Shown here in pieces: positions 31,340-44,301 of a DNA stretch of 64,000 nucleotides. A program made the translations under genes and the position numbers. The notes beneath the pieces are model-generated. The model saw nothing but the letters and a program-made list of their open reading frames with translations. It did not search any database and was not told where the DNA came from. Numbering within the stretch: the stretch's first letter is position 1; the number at the start of each line of letters is the position of its first letter. Origin of the DNA: the human T2T-CHM13v2.0 reference genome, Homo sapiens; NCBI RefSeq assembly GCF_009914755.1, contig NC_060941.1, one strand, 5' to 3'.

Positions 31340-32765
31340 ATCCCTTCCAACAGTGCTTCTGTCCACAAAGCTATTCTCAAAGTTGAGATAACCTCCATAT
31401 TGCTGAATCCACTGGTCACATCACGGGCCTCATCTCATGGGATCGCCCAGCCGCTGGCACTCTTTCCTTCTGGGCACACAGTGTCCTCCTGGCTTCCAGG
31501 ACACTAGACATTCCTGGTCACCATTATTAGTCTCTTTTGATAATCTCAAGATGTCCATGATGGGGAGCCACAGACCTTGTTCCTTCTCAATTTACCCTCA
31601 GTTGAATGAGGTGTGATGTCATCCAACGTTATAGCTGCCTTGACCAGCCAGCCCATTTGTCATCTCCGCTGAATGAGGTAATGAGATGTCCAGTGTTGTG
31701 GCTACAAGTACCATCTCTGTGTGGGTGGCTCCCACGTTTATGTCTCCAACCCCAGCCTCTCTCGTGACTTCCAGCCTTCTGTATCCACCCGCCTACTCAG
31801 CTCCTCTCTTTGGATGTCCAGGTGACATCTCACACCCAACAAGGCTAAAGCACAGCAGCCCATCCTCCCCTGTGGCCTCTGCCCCACCTGCCCTCTTGGC
31901 CAATGGCAATTCTACCTGTCTACTCACCTGACCCTAAAACATTGGGACTGACTCCCCTCTTCCAATCACGCTCCATTTCCAACCTACTAGGAGTCTCCAT
32001 GGCACTATATTCAAGTCCAGAAGCTCACCACCACCTTCACTGCTGCCACTCTGGTTCCAGCCACCACCTCCCAGCTGTCATCTCTTGCCTGGACTGTGCC
32101 AACAGGCTCCCAACTGATTTTCCTGCTCTTTCCTCCAGCCCCAGCTCCGTTCAATCTACGCACCTCACAGCGTGGAGAAGGGTCCTTTACAACTAGAAAT
32201 CTAATCGCAGCACACCTCTGTCTGACACCCTGCAGGGGCTGCCATCTTGCTCAAACCAAACTCCAAGTCCCTCTGTGGTCCATGGGGCCCTTCCTCGTCA
32301 CCTCTCATCTCTTCTCCTACGACCTTCCCCTTTGCCCATTCCCCCGCCCCACTGGCCTCCTTGCTGCTCCCGGACTGCACCAGGCTCTCGGGCGCCACCT
32401 GGCCTTTTCTTTACCTGCATGCCGTGCTGCAAAGCTGTTCCCTCCATCTCTGCTCAGCGGCACTCTGACCTCCCACAAGTCTCTGCTCACATCTAAAATT
32501 GCACCTGCCCCTTCTACCGGCTCTATTGATCTTCTTAACCTGCCCTTCCTGCTCTTCCTTCCGCGGAACCTGTTGCACCTTCTACCGTATCATACACTTG
32601 ACTCCCTCGTGAATGCTAGCTGATCATCCTCCCCGCCCTCCTGCCTGGAGGTCGGCTCTAGGAGGGCAGGACAGACAGCTCTCTGTCTGGATCACTAATT
32701 TATCCCAAGCACATACATGTAGTAGGTGCTCAGTAAGTATTTGGTGAACGAAAGAATGAATGTTA
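31340..32765 (+). mobile_element. L2 LINE 3' fragment
   Basis: Degenerate L2 body ending in the typical tagtaggtgctcagtaagtatttggtgaacgaaagaatgaatg tail. Confidence 0.7.
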
Positions 32766-33260
32766 GTGAGTGGGAAGATTTCCAAGGAAGAGCCGCATCT
32801 CTGGTTTCCCTGCCTTGCCACGTGCAGATTGGGCAGCTCTGGGGCTGTGCTTGTAGGAATTCGGTTCCATCCTCTGCTCATCTGAACTTTCCGGGTTTTA
32901 GCCATAGAACCCACATCCCAGAGCCCACAAGTGTGAATTCTCCCCAGTGTGCCTGCCTTGACCAGCCAGTGCATTTATCTAGATTCGGCAAAGACTTTTT
33001 TCCCCCCCACAGTTTCAAATTGTCATTTCTTCTTGGGATCACAGGAACGCTTTCAAGAAGATACTCATTGAAGCTATTGTCAAAGTTGCTTCTGCTTTCC
33101 CTCATGTCTTAAATATACCCTGGACACACTTAAGAAGTAAAGCTTTAGGCGAACTGTGATATAAACATCGACCTCCATAAATCCGTGCTGAGGGAACCTT
33201 GGCAGGCCCTCCCCCCGCTCCCAAGGAGCCTTTGACGCGGTCCCCACTCCTGGCACCCAC

Positions 33261-33456
33261 CGCTTTGCTGAAGTTGACGTGGATGAGGTTGCTAGCGGCG
33301 TCCCGCAGAATCAGCGGCTGCCCCAGGTTAAAGTGGCAGTCCTGGTCCACGCCCGCCACCCACTGCTGGTAGATCTTCTCGCGGTGGCACCTCAGCAGCT
33401 CCATCATCTCGTCATACTTCTGATAGGTCAGCTTGGCCTCTGCTCCAGACATGACC
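33261..33456 (-). CDS. DNAH17: DNAH17 exon 13 (196 nt)
   Basis: ttccag|VMSGAEAKLTYQKY...LIHVNFSKA|gtgggt. Confidence 0.95.
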
Positions 33457-34235
33457 CTGGAATCAGAGCGGGAAGGCGAGGCCCCACTGGATATCTCCTG
33501 TGGGGTGTCTTCGGCACGTCCCATCGTTGCTGCCCGATCTGGGGTGCCGAAGCGGCCGGCCACCCAATTACTCGAGGCTCACAGACTGAATATGCAAACA
33601 AGCAGTGGCCAGACCAAATGTTCAAATGGAACTCCGACCTGCAGTCTGCAGCCACCAGCCCAGGAGGCCAAAATAGAACCCACGCAGCAACTGGCTCCCG
33701 ACCGCCAGGCCTGGATGAATGACAGCCAGCCCCTCTCCAACTTTCCTTCTCCCTTCCAACCTGGGGCCAACTAGATGAAAGCAAATACGCCCCCCAAACA
33801 ACCACATAAAAGGCCCCCCTCCTAGTCAGCTGCACCGGCCTCCCCAGGCCAAGCCGGGGCTCCCCTGCAGCCGTCCCTGCGTCCACCGTGAAGCCTCCCC
33901 GGCCCCTGGCTGTCCAGGAGACTTGGCCAAGTGCACGCAACAGTGGCTCAGTCAGCTGCATACACAGCCTCTTCCTGTTCCTGCCTGGGTGGTCTTCATG
34001 TCTACCAGGCTGGTGGGCAAGGGTGGGGACCAGCCAGATTTCTCCTGAGCACTCCCACCAAGAAGGTGATCAGGGGAGGAGGGAGGACCAGAAGGGGACT
34101 CTTCTGGGCTTTTGCTCTGGGAGGTAACAGTCTGGTCGACAGGAGGGGTGGTCCCGCTCGGGGTTGGGACAGTCCCTCTCGCTCTCCCGCACCATGGAGG
34201 CGGGGTGCCTGCCCCTGCCCAGGGCTGTGACTCAC

Positions 34236-34501
34236 GGGTGTTCGACGTGCTTCAGGTGTTTCATGGACACCTCTAGCCTCTCCTGCAGCTCCAGGCTCCA
34301 CTTGAGCTGCCCGGCCACGGGAGGCATGTTTTTGTGGATCAGGGGGATGTTCCCCTCCTCGGAGGCCGCCATCTGGGCATCGTACAAGATCTTAGCATTG
34401 TCTAGCTCAGCGTCAAACAGCTCCAGCATGACTGAATACCTGGGCGCCACCTCGGCAAGAATCAGGGGCCGCTCCATGAGGCCCCCACACATGTACAGGA
34501 G
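34236..34501 (-). CDS. DNAH17: DNAH17 exon 12 (266 nt)
   Basis: cctcag|LLYMCGGLMERPLI...KNMPPVAGQLKW...HVEHP|gtgagt; NMPPVAG..W is a conserved dynein tail motif. Confidence 0.96.
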
Positions 34502-34694
34502 CTGAGGACAAAGGAGAAGGGGGCCTCTTCACCACAGTCTCCTCCCCTTCCCCAGCCTGTGGCTGTGGACAAAACGGGCAGGGCCAATCTTCAGGAGCGA
34601 GAGAATGTGTACCTTGCCAAAACAAAACAATCCACTGGAACCTTTGTGTGTGTCAACTGGCTCAGTGGAAGCCTCTATGCTTTTCTCATTGACT

Positions 34695-35785
34695 TAGGCC
34701 GAGTCCCCAAATACTTGGCTTATAATCCCACAGTACAAATAAGTCCAAGGGCTACAAGAGTTTTTTCTAAGCCTAGGAAAAATCAGAATTCTGGTAAGGA
34801 AGACTTAAACAATTAAAAAATAGGCTGAGCACCATGGCTCACACCTGTTATTCCAACACTTTGAGGGGCCGAGGCGGGAGGGTCACTTGAGCCCAGGAGT
34901 TTGAGACCAGCCTGGGCAACACAGCAAAATCCTGTTTCTACAAAAAATAAAAATAAAAAATACAAAGAATACATGAAACTAGCGGGGTCCAGTTTTTGTA
35001 TTCTTTTGGGTGTGCGCTTATAGTTCCAGCTACTCAGGAGGCTGAGATGGGAGGATTACTTGAGCCCCAGAGGTCAAGGCTGCAGTGAGCCAAGATTGCA
35101 CCACTGCACCCCAGCCTGGGCAACAGAGCAAGACCCTGTCTCCAGAAAAAACAAACCCAAAACAACTCCAAGTAAACAATTTTAAAATAGCCATAACGTT
35201 GCATTTATATATCTGGGCTTCTACTCTGATACAGATAAATGAAGAAATATTTTATCCACAGGAAGCGTTCCTCTTAGGAAGAGCACTGCCACTCTCAAGG
35301 GCAGCTGAGGCAAGAAAACCACCATCAGGAAATGTGTTTCGCTCTGAGAAAGCTCTGGGGGTCAGACCAAGTGGGAGGGGGACCAGAGAGAGGGAAGACA
35401 ACCTCACACGAAACAGGGTCCCCCAGTGCTGGGTGTGAGTGGGAAATCCAAGAGAGTTTCCCGGGGCTGCCATAACCCACGCCCAATGGGGGCCAGACCA
35501 GCTGCGGTGAGCCTGAGTCTCAGACTTTCCCCAGACTTGGGTCTGAGAAAGGTGACCACTGTCCCTAGAAATGGCCACAGGAGGAAAAACCAAAACATGA
35601 CCGCGAAGAGAGGGAGATTTTTCAGGCCCCCAAGAGTACAGATTTCCCAAATGCAAGATTGCGGCTATTTTTAAGTTAATTGTGTTTTTCAAAATTGTTC
35701 AAATCTTCCTTACCCAAATTCTGATTTCTCCTGGGCTTAGAAAAAAATTGTCACCCTTGGACCTATTTGTATTGTGAGTTGTACA
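34695..35785. mobile_element. Ancient non-autonomous DNA transposon with long inverted arms (MER99-like, tentative), interrupted by AluJ (about 34823-35165)
   Basis: 34720-34816 is about 80% identical to the reverse complement of 35688-35785; similarity resumes beyond the Alu. Confidence 0.6.
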
Positions 35786-38141
35786 AATGGAGCAGCCGTG
35801 GACTCTCAGGCAGACATGGAAACGCTGGTGTCCTGCCAGCTACCGCCTTCCTCCACGGTCGCCTGCTGACGTATGAGGTCACCAGTTTCATTTGTTCAAA
35901 GCATTGACATGGGGCAGTTGGAAAAAAAAAATGTTCCTCTTAATGGTTTATGACTATCCTGTAATGCAGGTAGATGTTTTACTTGGAAGTCAGAAAAATA
36001 GAAAAAAACCCCAAAAACCTGAAGACCCATCATCCAGACAACCGACACACCTGTAATCCCAACACTTTGAGGGGCCGAGGCGGGAGGCATTTTTATTTTT
36101 CTCTGTCTTCCCATTTCTCTCTCCTCCTTTTCATGTTTATATAGTTTTTAGTTTAATGACTTTTGGAAAGGAAGCGAATTCTATTTTCCGCCAAAAGGAG
36201 ATCATGCGGAAAATTGCTCTAGAACGTTCCTGGCTGTGTGTGAGTTGCTGATAATGAGAACTAACTCCGGAACAGGCAGGGGCTGGAAGGGACACAGGGA
36301 GAGAAACCCCAGGGCCCTATCCTATTTAGAGCACAGGGCTGTCAAACCAGGGGGAAAATGTTCTTAGGTCAAAGAGAAACGTGAACAGATGGCGATGGAA
36401 ATGGGTTACAAGAGTTATTTCTCCCCCTGCCTCCCTCCCCTCCGCTTTTCTTTGTTTTAAATTGAGCATAAACATACGTGAAAATTTTTAAAAAGAGATC
36501 TTTCTTTTAGAGCCCAAAAGCCCCTCTTGACCCTAACAGGTGCCAGGGATGCAGGGGAAAGCCTGGGGCGGGGTGACTGCATTTGTTCCTCGCTAGCTCC
36601 ATTCTGCAGAGGTCGGGTTGGGTTTCTTCCAGGACCTCCTGCTCCTCACAGGGTAGGGGCCTAGGGCTCCCGAGGGGTCACAAAGTTGAACTCGCCAACC
36701 CAGCTCCCTCCCCACTGCCGGATCCCCTAGTGAACCCTGGGGGAGGTTCAGCCCAGACCCGTACGCTGGTCCTTATCTGCTCTTCCCCTTGTGCCAAACT
36801 AGATGCAGGTGGCACAATCTCCATGTTGGGGACAGCAAGACTCTGGGGACTCATCTGGCCCTGGCCGGGTGACCAAGTTACTTAATTTTTCAGATTTTTC
36901 CACATCGGAACAGCAGCAGGGAGTCACAGCACCTCCCCGTGGAGCCAGTGTTAGGGGTGCAGGAGCCACAGAAGCCAGCTGCCCGCCCGCCCAGCCCATA
37001 AGCCTGTGCCCCATCTTTAATTTTGGAGACCCAAAAGTGAGGTTTCCAAATGAAAGAATTGGCTCCATTGGGACCCTTCTGCGCTGGGGCAGTCCTGACG
37101 CTTTTGTGTTATCCTTCAGGGGCTCCACGTGGAAGGCTTATGCTAGAGCGAAACTACCTCCCAACAACATTCAGAACAACCAGCCTCCCTTGTCAAGAGC
37201 CAGTTGTGCACTGCAGGAAATACTCAGAAGCGCCTGCCCTGTGCTAGGCTCAGTTCTAAGGGAACTCAAATCCAGTGCCTGACCTCAGGGAGTTTACCTT
37301 CTAGTCAGGAAGACAACGAACACACAGACATTAGTATACAAATGAATATGAGGGAAGGCCATTGCTGAGAAGGGACCAGCCTGGGGGCATTTGAGTGGAA
37401 GGAAGGAAGTGAGGACCCTGCAACTAGATGCAGCTACCTGGGGAAGAGCCTTCTGAGAAAGGGAATGTTGCCAGATTCTTTGCTTAGCCAAAGATTCTCA
37501 TCAGGGTCTCCATCCTCCACCATCCCGCAGGGGATGTCTGATTACCCTAACCTGCTTCCAGCTAGAATCTTGAAGTTGGTTTAGCTAGAATCCCCCAACC
37601 CCTGATGTCCCCTCTAAGTAATTTTCTATCCATGGACTCCCACCCTGCTCCTTTGCTAGAAATTCCTACTTACCTGCAGTGTATTCAAAGCTGAGCTCCC
37701 ATCGCTCTCCCTACACCTGTATCTATTGAGATGGTATAAATCGTGAGTAAGGTCTGAATCAAGTCAGCCTCATCTTGCTTTAGCAAGTATAACTGAATAA
37801 TTTTTTCAACCACAGCAAGGAGGTGCTGTATTAATTTGCATTCATTGATATTTTGCCTGGAACACCAACTCGATCCAAGACTTACTTGATCCTTAATTTG
37901 CGGAGCTTCAAACTCTCATGTATTTGCATTTTTGCAAGAGCATTCAAAAGGGCAAAGGAACATCCTGACGTTTGTCGGGGAGAGATCTTTGTCCTTAGCA
38001 ATCTCAGCCTTGAAATCCTCCTGAAAGATGACCACCAGCCCAGGCTGCCCAGGCCAACCCAATTGCCTTCACAGTCATGGGAGCTGGTCCGGCTAAACTG
38101 TTCAGATCAGGGGCCCTGGAAGCAGTCAAGCCCAGAACTCA

Positions 38142-38467
<326 letters not shown>

Positions 38468-39132
38468 TCAAAAAACAAACAAACAACAAAAACAAAACAA
38501 AACAAAAAACAAACAAACCCCTTAAAACTAAAAATAGAGACCCCAGAGACCTCCCTTGCCCCTTCTGCCATGTAAGGACCAAATGAAAAGATGGCCTTCT
38601 AGGAACGGAAGTAGACCCTCACCAGACACCGAGTCTGCTGGACCTCCCAGCCTCCAGAACTGAGAGAAGTGAAATGTTTGTTGTTTAAGCCACCCGGTCT
38701 ACAGCAGTTTGTTATAGTAGCCTGCATGGACGAAGGCACTCTATAAATTCAGCTCAGTGGGCCAAAATCTGCATTAATTTTATTTTTACACCAACTTTAC
38801 CTCTTTAACTTTCACTCCTTTTGAGTAGTGGGAAAACTGAATCAAGAATAAATGGTCCCCTTGTTTCTTAGTGAGCATAAGAAGTATCAGTAAAATAATG
38901 CCATCTCACACTCACTTGCTCCTCTTCCTCTAGGATGTGGCAGTAAGAACCATCAGGAGCTACACTGGGTGTTCACGGCTGACTGACTCTGAGGCACAGG
39001 AGACGGGCCCTCCCTCCCTGGACATCAGCTCTACATGGAGAGGATGAAATGGTCTCCAAGATCGTTCTCGACATGAATCCACCACCACAGTGCCAGGCTC
39101 CAGATCTGCCTGCGTCTCCACTGCATGCTTAC

Positions 39133-39249
39133 CTTTGCGGAGGACTTGATACAGCTGCAGTCATCAAATCCTTGGCAAAAGATCGTGGCCAGCCTCCTAT
39201 CCAGGTCTTGGATTTTGATCTCAAAATCAGCATAATCACGGTCAAAATT
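39133..39249 (-). CDS. DNAH17: DNAH17 exon 11 (117 nt)
   Basis: ttttag|NFDRDYADFEIKIQDLDRRLATIFCQGFDDCSCIKSSAK|gtaagc. Confidence 0.95.
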
Positions 39250-39517
39250 CTAAAAGCAAATGGAAATGTCAACCTTGTAATCAGCGTGCAAAGCAAGCCA
39301 AGGGCACCCTCTCCAGCCCCTGCCCTGCTGAGAGGACTCGGGACTGAGGCGCAGCTGAATGTGCTGTTGCGGGGACCGCTCTACACAGTTTTCAAAGTGT
39401 TGGGATCACCTGGCACCTGCTTCCTCCGTGTGCCCTCCCATCACACCCCTAAGCTGGTACCGAGGCTGGTGCTGTTCTCACCGAGTCCAGTTCATCCAAC
39501 CCTGCCCGAGGACCTAC

Positions 39518-39685
39518 CGAGTCTCCAGGGTCCAAGGGATCATATTTGCAGTCGGCAAAAACCTTCACCAGCTCAAAGACCTCATCATAGATACGGGTCA
39601 CCAGGCTCCCGAGGAGGTTCCCACGCACGCCCCCAAGCTCGATTTTCTCCAGCTTCAGAAACTCAATTGCTGTTTTATAGAGTTC
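39518..39685 (-). CDS. DNAH17: DNAH17 exon 10 (168 nt)
   Basis: cactag|ELYKTAIEFLKLEKIELGGVRG...YDPLDPGDS|gtaggt. Confidence 0.95.
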
Positions 39686-41684
39686 CTAGTGGAGGAGAAA
39701 AACACAGTCAATTCATCTTCACAACCCAACTCACGGGTCCAGTTACAAAACTAGCTCTGACCCCAGGCAGGAGGAGCTGGGGAGCAAAATGTCCCCAGGA
39801 GACACCAACCATGGGGGTGGGAGGACACCCTCTGTGTCTGTGCTGTTCTTTAAGCAAATATTCCATCCCCTGCAGAAAGAGGGGATGGAAGGAAGGGCTC
39901 TGTGAATTATCTATGAGGTGTGAATGAGGAGGAGCTGGAGAGGATAAAGTTTGGGATCCTGTCCTGACCCCAGACTGGCCAAACCGCATCTCTAAATAAA
40001 TCACACTCTGCTGGGACCTCCGTTTTCTCCGCTGTGGGAAGCGGTTGGAATGGTGCTGAAGATTTCTGATGCTCTTGCTAAGCTTTAAATTCCCCGCTAC
40101 CTGGAAGACCATCCTATGCAGAGTGCCGTGTCCCGAAGGTGATCCAAGAAGAAAGCGGCTGGAATGCTTGGATGGACACACGTGTAGAAAATTCTGCTTC
40201 CTCGCCGGTGTGGCTCATGCCCCCTCTCCCTGAAGCGCTCCCTGACTATTTTGGCCCATAGCAATGCATTCCTTCCCAGGGGCCCGGTCTCCCATCTGCG
40301 CCGCTTGTGTTTGCTTTAGTCACGTTCAGGCCCATCCCGTTAGCTGGTTGTGTGTGTGCAGTTCCTGTTTCCCAAATGAGGTCTCCAAGGCTCCCTGGAT
40401 GCTCTTCTGTGCCCCTGCACCTACCAGGCACAGTGCAGGCAGAGTTTAGACTGGAGATCTTCCTGTGGACTTGACATCACTCCCCTGAACTGGTGCTGAG
40501 GTTGGTGCTATTCTCCCAGGTCCACGAAGCATCAGGCCACGCACCAACACCACCCCGAGGAGACAGGCACCGAGGACCAGGAGCTCTTGGCTCTTCCACC
40601 CGACGCGGAGGACACAGACAAGCTGGCATGGCCTGTTGTCAGGGGGTGGACAGCAAAGCCATTTCCTCCACCTCCAAAGTCCCTTCCTACCCAGAATCTT
40701 CCTTCTGATTCAGAATCAGTCATGTGGGAACCAGAGCTCCTTGGCCCAAAGTGTGACTGTGACTCTCCTCCACATTCTCGGTCTGGGAGATTTCAGGCAT
40801 TAGTCCGCGCTCTGTGACTGCAATTTTGAACTCCTGAGCGGGCCTCCCTCCCCTGCCCCCCAGGAGGTGTAGAAGAGAACTGGACAAGCCTCTCCCAAGC
40901 CTCTGACAATGGTGTCCACCCTTAAGTCAATGCTTTACAGTTCCAGGATGATTTTCCCCTTTTTTAAGGATGTGAGTTATACAGTTATATGTGCACAAAG
41001 TTTTTAAAAATTACACCATGCAGAAGATACAAAAGGCAAAACTTTCTTGCCCTACCCCGTCTTGATCCCTCTCATCTCTTCTCTCCAGAGCCCCAGAGAA
41101 AACCGCCTTGAAGCTTTTTTTTGAAACAGGGTCTCACTTTGTCGCTCAGGCTGGACTGCAGTGGCGCAATCATGACTCACCACAGCCTCAAACTTCTGAG
41201 CTCAAGTGATCCTCCCTCCTCGGCCTGCCAGAGTTCTGGGATTACAGGTGTGAGCCACTGGGCTGGGCCATGCACCATTTTTAAGTTTTTATCTGCTGTG
41301 CGTCACTCCGTGTATCCACATGGTGCTTGCACGGGGGCCTTCATAAGTCTCCATTTGTAATAATTGAGTCCCACTAAGTGACTGCTGTTGGCCCCCAGGC
41401 GTCCTGAACGTGGGGGTTTAACTTATCAGTAACCCGCTCATGATAGGATGCACGAGATAAGGGGAGAAGCACCCGAAGTGGGTCATTTTTATTCTTGGCT
41501 AACAGCTCTGGCCACGGCAGATGCTGCCGCAAAGCCTTGGTTTCCTCATAACAGATATTTGGGCCTCACTTATTTTCTGCCTGGGGGATTATTGGCAAGG
41601 GGGGTAGGGATGGACGCTGCAGGTGTCCTAGGGTAGGAGCAGTCTGGGAAGTGGAGGTCAAGATGCACCGAGTTCTGTTTTTAC

Positions 41685-41771
41685 CTCAATGGTCTGGATG
41701 CGCTGGAAGAAGGAATTTATCCTGGAAAAGGCAAGAGAAGAAGGGAATTCCCAAGGCACGGGCTCTTTGTC
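41685..41771 (-). CDS. DNAH17: DNAH17 exon 9 (87 nt)
   Basis: tctaag|DKEPVPWEFPSSLAFSRINSFFQRIQTIE|gtaaaa; preceded by a 122-nt intron. Confidence 0.94.
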
Positions 41772-41893
41772 CTTAGAGGAGAGAAAGAGAGATGAGGCCA
41801 CGTTTGCTTCAAATGTCCCAAGTTTATCAAATATCGGGGCTCATATGAACTCACTCGTCCTGCCTTGGCCCTCGCCCTGCGAGGAAGGGGTAC

Positions 41894-42046
41894 CTTAAAG
41901 AAAAGCTTCATGTTCACGCAGCAGAAGTCGTACGTCTGGTAGAGCTCCTTCAGCACATTTACAGCCAGGGAGATGCCACTCAGGACTTCCTCGATTTCAC
42001 CTTGCAGGCCCTTCAGCACCTCTTCCGGGCTCAGGAAGGTTCGTGT
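41894..42046 (-). CDS. DNAH17: DNAH17 exon 8 (153 nt)
   Basis: gcccag|TRTFLSPEEVLKG...NMKLFFK|gtaccc. Confidence 0.95.
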
Positions 42047-42765
42047 CTGGGCAAAAGAGAAGACAGACATCTAAAGCTCCGACAAGCCATTTGGGGTGAC
42101 GTCCAGGCACGCCGCCTGCAGGACCTGTGATCTGTTCTGACATATGGATATCTGAAAATAACCCCTCCTATCTGCCCACTGCTGGGCCGTTTTTAGGGGA
42201 CCGAGCTGCTTCCCCTCCTCGGCCCCTCATCCTTTGCCAAGGCTGCAGCATAAATGGGTGGGGGTCGCAGATGATGAGAGGCCCTCCAGGGACAGGGGAC
42301 CCCGGTGCCCTTCTGGTCCTGCAGACGGGGCCACAGCATGGTTTTATTATATAGAGGTGGCCCAGGGATACAGCCCTTCAGCTCGAACGCCATGGCTGGC
42401 TAGCAGGTGCTTATGAATGGGAAGAAGGAAAAGAAGTCTCTGCTAAGGGAGACGGAAGGTGGTTTGATGTGCGATTAGAGAAGCCCACAAAGCACTAGAT
42501 GGGTCTCGGGGTACGGGGACTCTCAGGGCAGACCTCCTCCTCTGTCCCCGTCTTCCCTTTCTTTTCCCTCAGTACCCTCCCCTAGAAGAACTCTAGGTAG
42601 CCTTGAAGAGGGCTCCATCTCAGCTCGGGGCCTGAAAAGGCTTGTGCTGACATCTTGGCCTGCTTTCAAACTGCTGGGGAACATGGGCAGCAGGAAAACA
42701 GTGAACCGGGGAGGGGACCCAGCCAGGAGGGGAGGAAGGGGACCCAGGGGCCAGGGGAGGGTTAC

Positions 42766-42891
42766 CATCTCGATGATTTGGTTGCAGAACTCCTGCAGGA
42801 TGACGATGATCCTGGCAGGTGTGTTATAGTACTCAGAGGTGGCCCAGATGAAGCAGATGGTGTCCAGCACCTTGGCAATGAAGGTGGGGAG
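42766..42891 (-). CDS. DNAH17: DNAH17 exon 7 (126 nt)
   Basis: ccccag|[42 protein letters not shown]|gtaacc. Confidence 0.96.
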
Positions 42892-43159
42892 CTGGGGGGA
42901 GACAGGCCCAGGCACACTGGAGGGGACTGGCCGCTGCACCTTATCCCGGTGTCCCAGCCCTTCCCTTCCCATGGCTCTCACTGGGTATCCAGCAGAGGGT
43001 TCCCAAAGAGGAGGGGAGAGGCAACTCCCTAGGCCCACACATCTGATGGCAGCCAAGAAACCCACGGCCCCACATGCCTTGAAGAAACAAGACCCAGGCC
43101 GGGCGTGGTGGCTCACGCCTGTAATCCCAGCACTTTGGGAGGCCGAGGTGGGCGGATCA

Positions 43160-43552
<393 letters not shown>

Positions 43553-43797
43553 CTGCACGGAACAAGAACAAGTGCCCACCGGTAAGAGAGCAGAAATTGC
43601 TCAGAAACGATGAGGGTGCGGCTCCATGTGCTGAGACCTGCTCCTTCAGGAAATGGGGCCTTTCTCAAGTGGAGGGGGCTGAGAAAGCTGCTCGCAGAGG
43701 GAGGCCAACATCCTAGGGTTGGTGACAAGTCTGACCCAGCCCTCCCAGGAGGCACAAACAGCTTCGTGCAGAACTCATGACAGGGTCACAGGCTCAC

Positions 43798-43897
43798 CTT
43801 CAGTGACGTTGGTGTAAACGTTTTGCAGGGCTGGCCAGTAGCAGCTTTTGGCTTTCTCTAGGATCTCAACAATCTTGTTCACTTTGGGTCTGTTTAG
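43798..43897 (-). CDS. DNAH17: DNAH17 exon 5 (100 nt)
   Basis: ctcag|LNRPKVNKIVEILEKAKSCYWPALQNVYTNVTE|gtgagc (not in the ORF track; read by hand). Confidence 0.95.
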
Positions 43898-44108
43898 CTG
43901 AGAAGGGGAGTGAAGATCCACCTTTCATTGACCTGGAAGACCCTAAGGCGAGGCCAACCTGACCTTGTGGCTGGCTGGAGCTGCAGAATTTACGCAGGTC
44001 ATCAGAGCCCTCAGGACTCCTGGGAGGTTGGCACTGGGAGGCGGAGAGCTCGGCCCGGTCGCCCAGCTGGGACGAGGCTGCAGCCCCACAGGAGAGAGGA
44101 GGCCGTAC

Positions 44109-44301
44109 CTGTTCATGGATGCACTTGAGGTTCAGCAGCCGAGCGTCCCAGAACTCGAACTCCACTTGGGGCAGGGGGTGCAGCCCATCCAGCAGCGCCT
44201 GGGCTGAGTCTTTGCTCAGCACATCCCGGATCTGGTGGGACCAGTCGATGATGGTGGTTTCAATGGCGTGCAGGAGCAAGTTGTCCAGTGAAGAGGGGAT
44301 C
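44109..44301 (-). CDS. DNAH17: DNAH17 exon 4 (193 nt)
   Basis: gggcag|IPSSLDNLLLHAIETTIIDW...KCIHEQ|gtacgg; start of the dynein N-terminal region 1 (DHC_N1)-type sequence. Confidence 0.95.

Noticed and set aside
39049-39927. 292-aa plus-strand ORF
   Set aside because: Antisense shadow across DNAH17 exons 10-11 and GC-rich intron; no recognisable domain. The same applies to 46971-47552, 2252-2788 and 4707-5186
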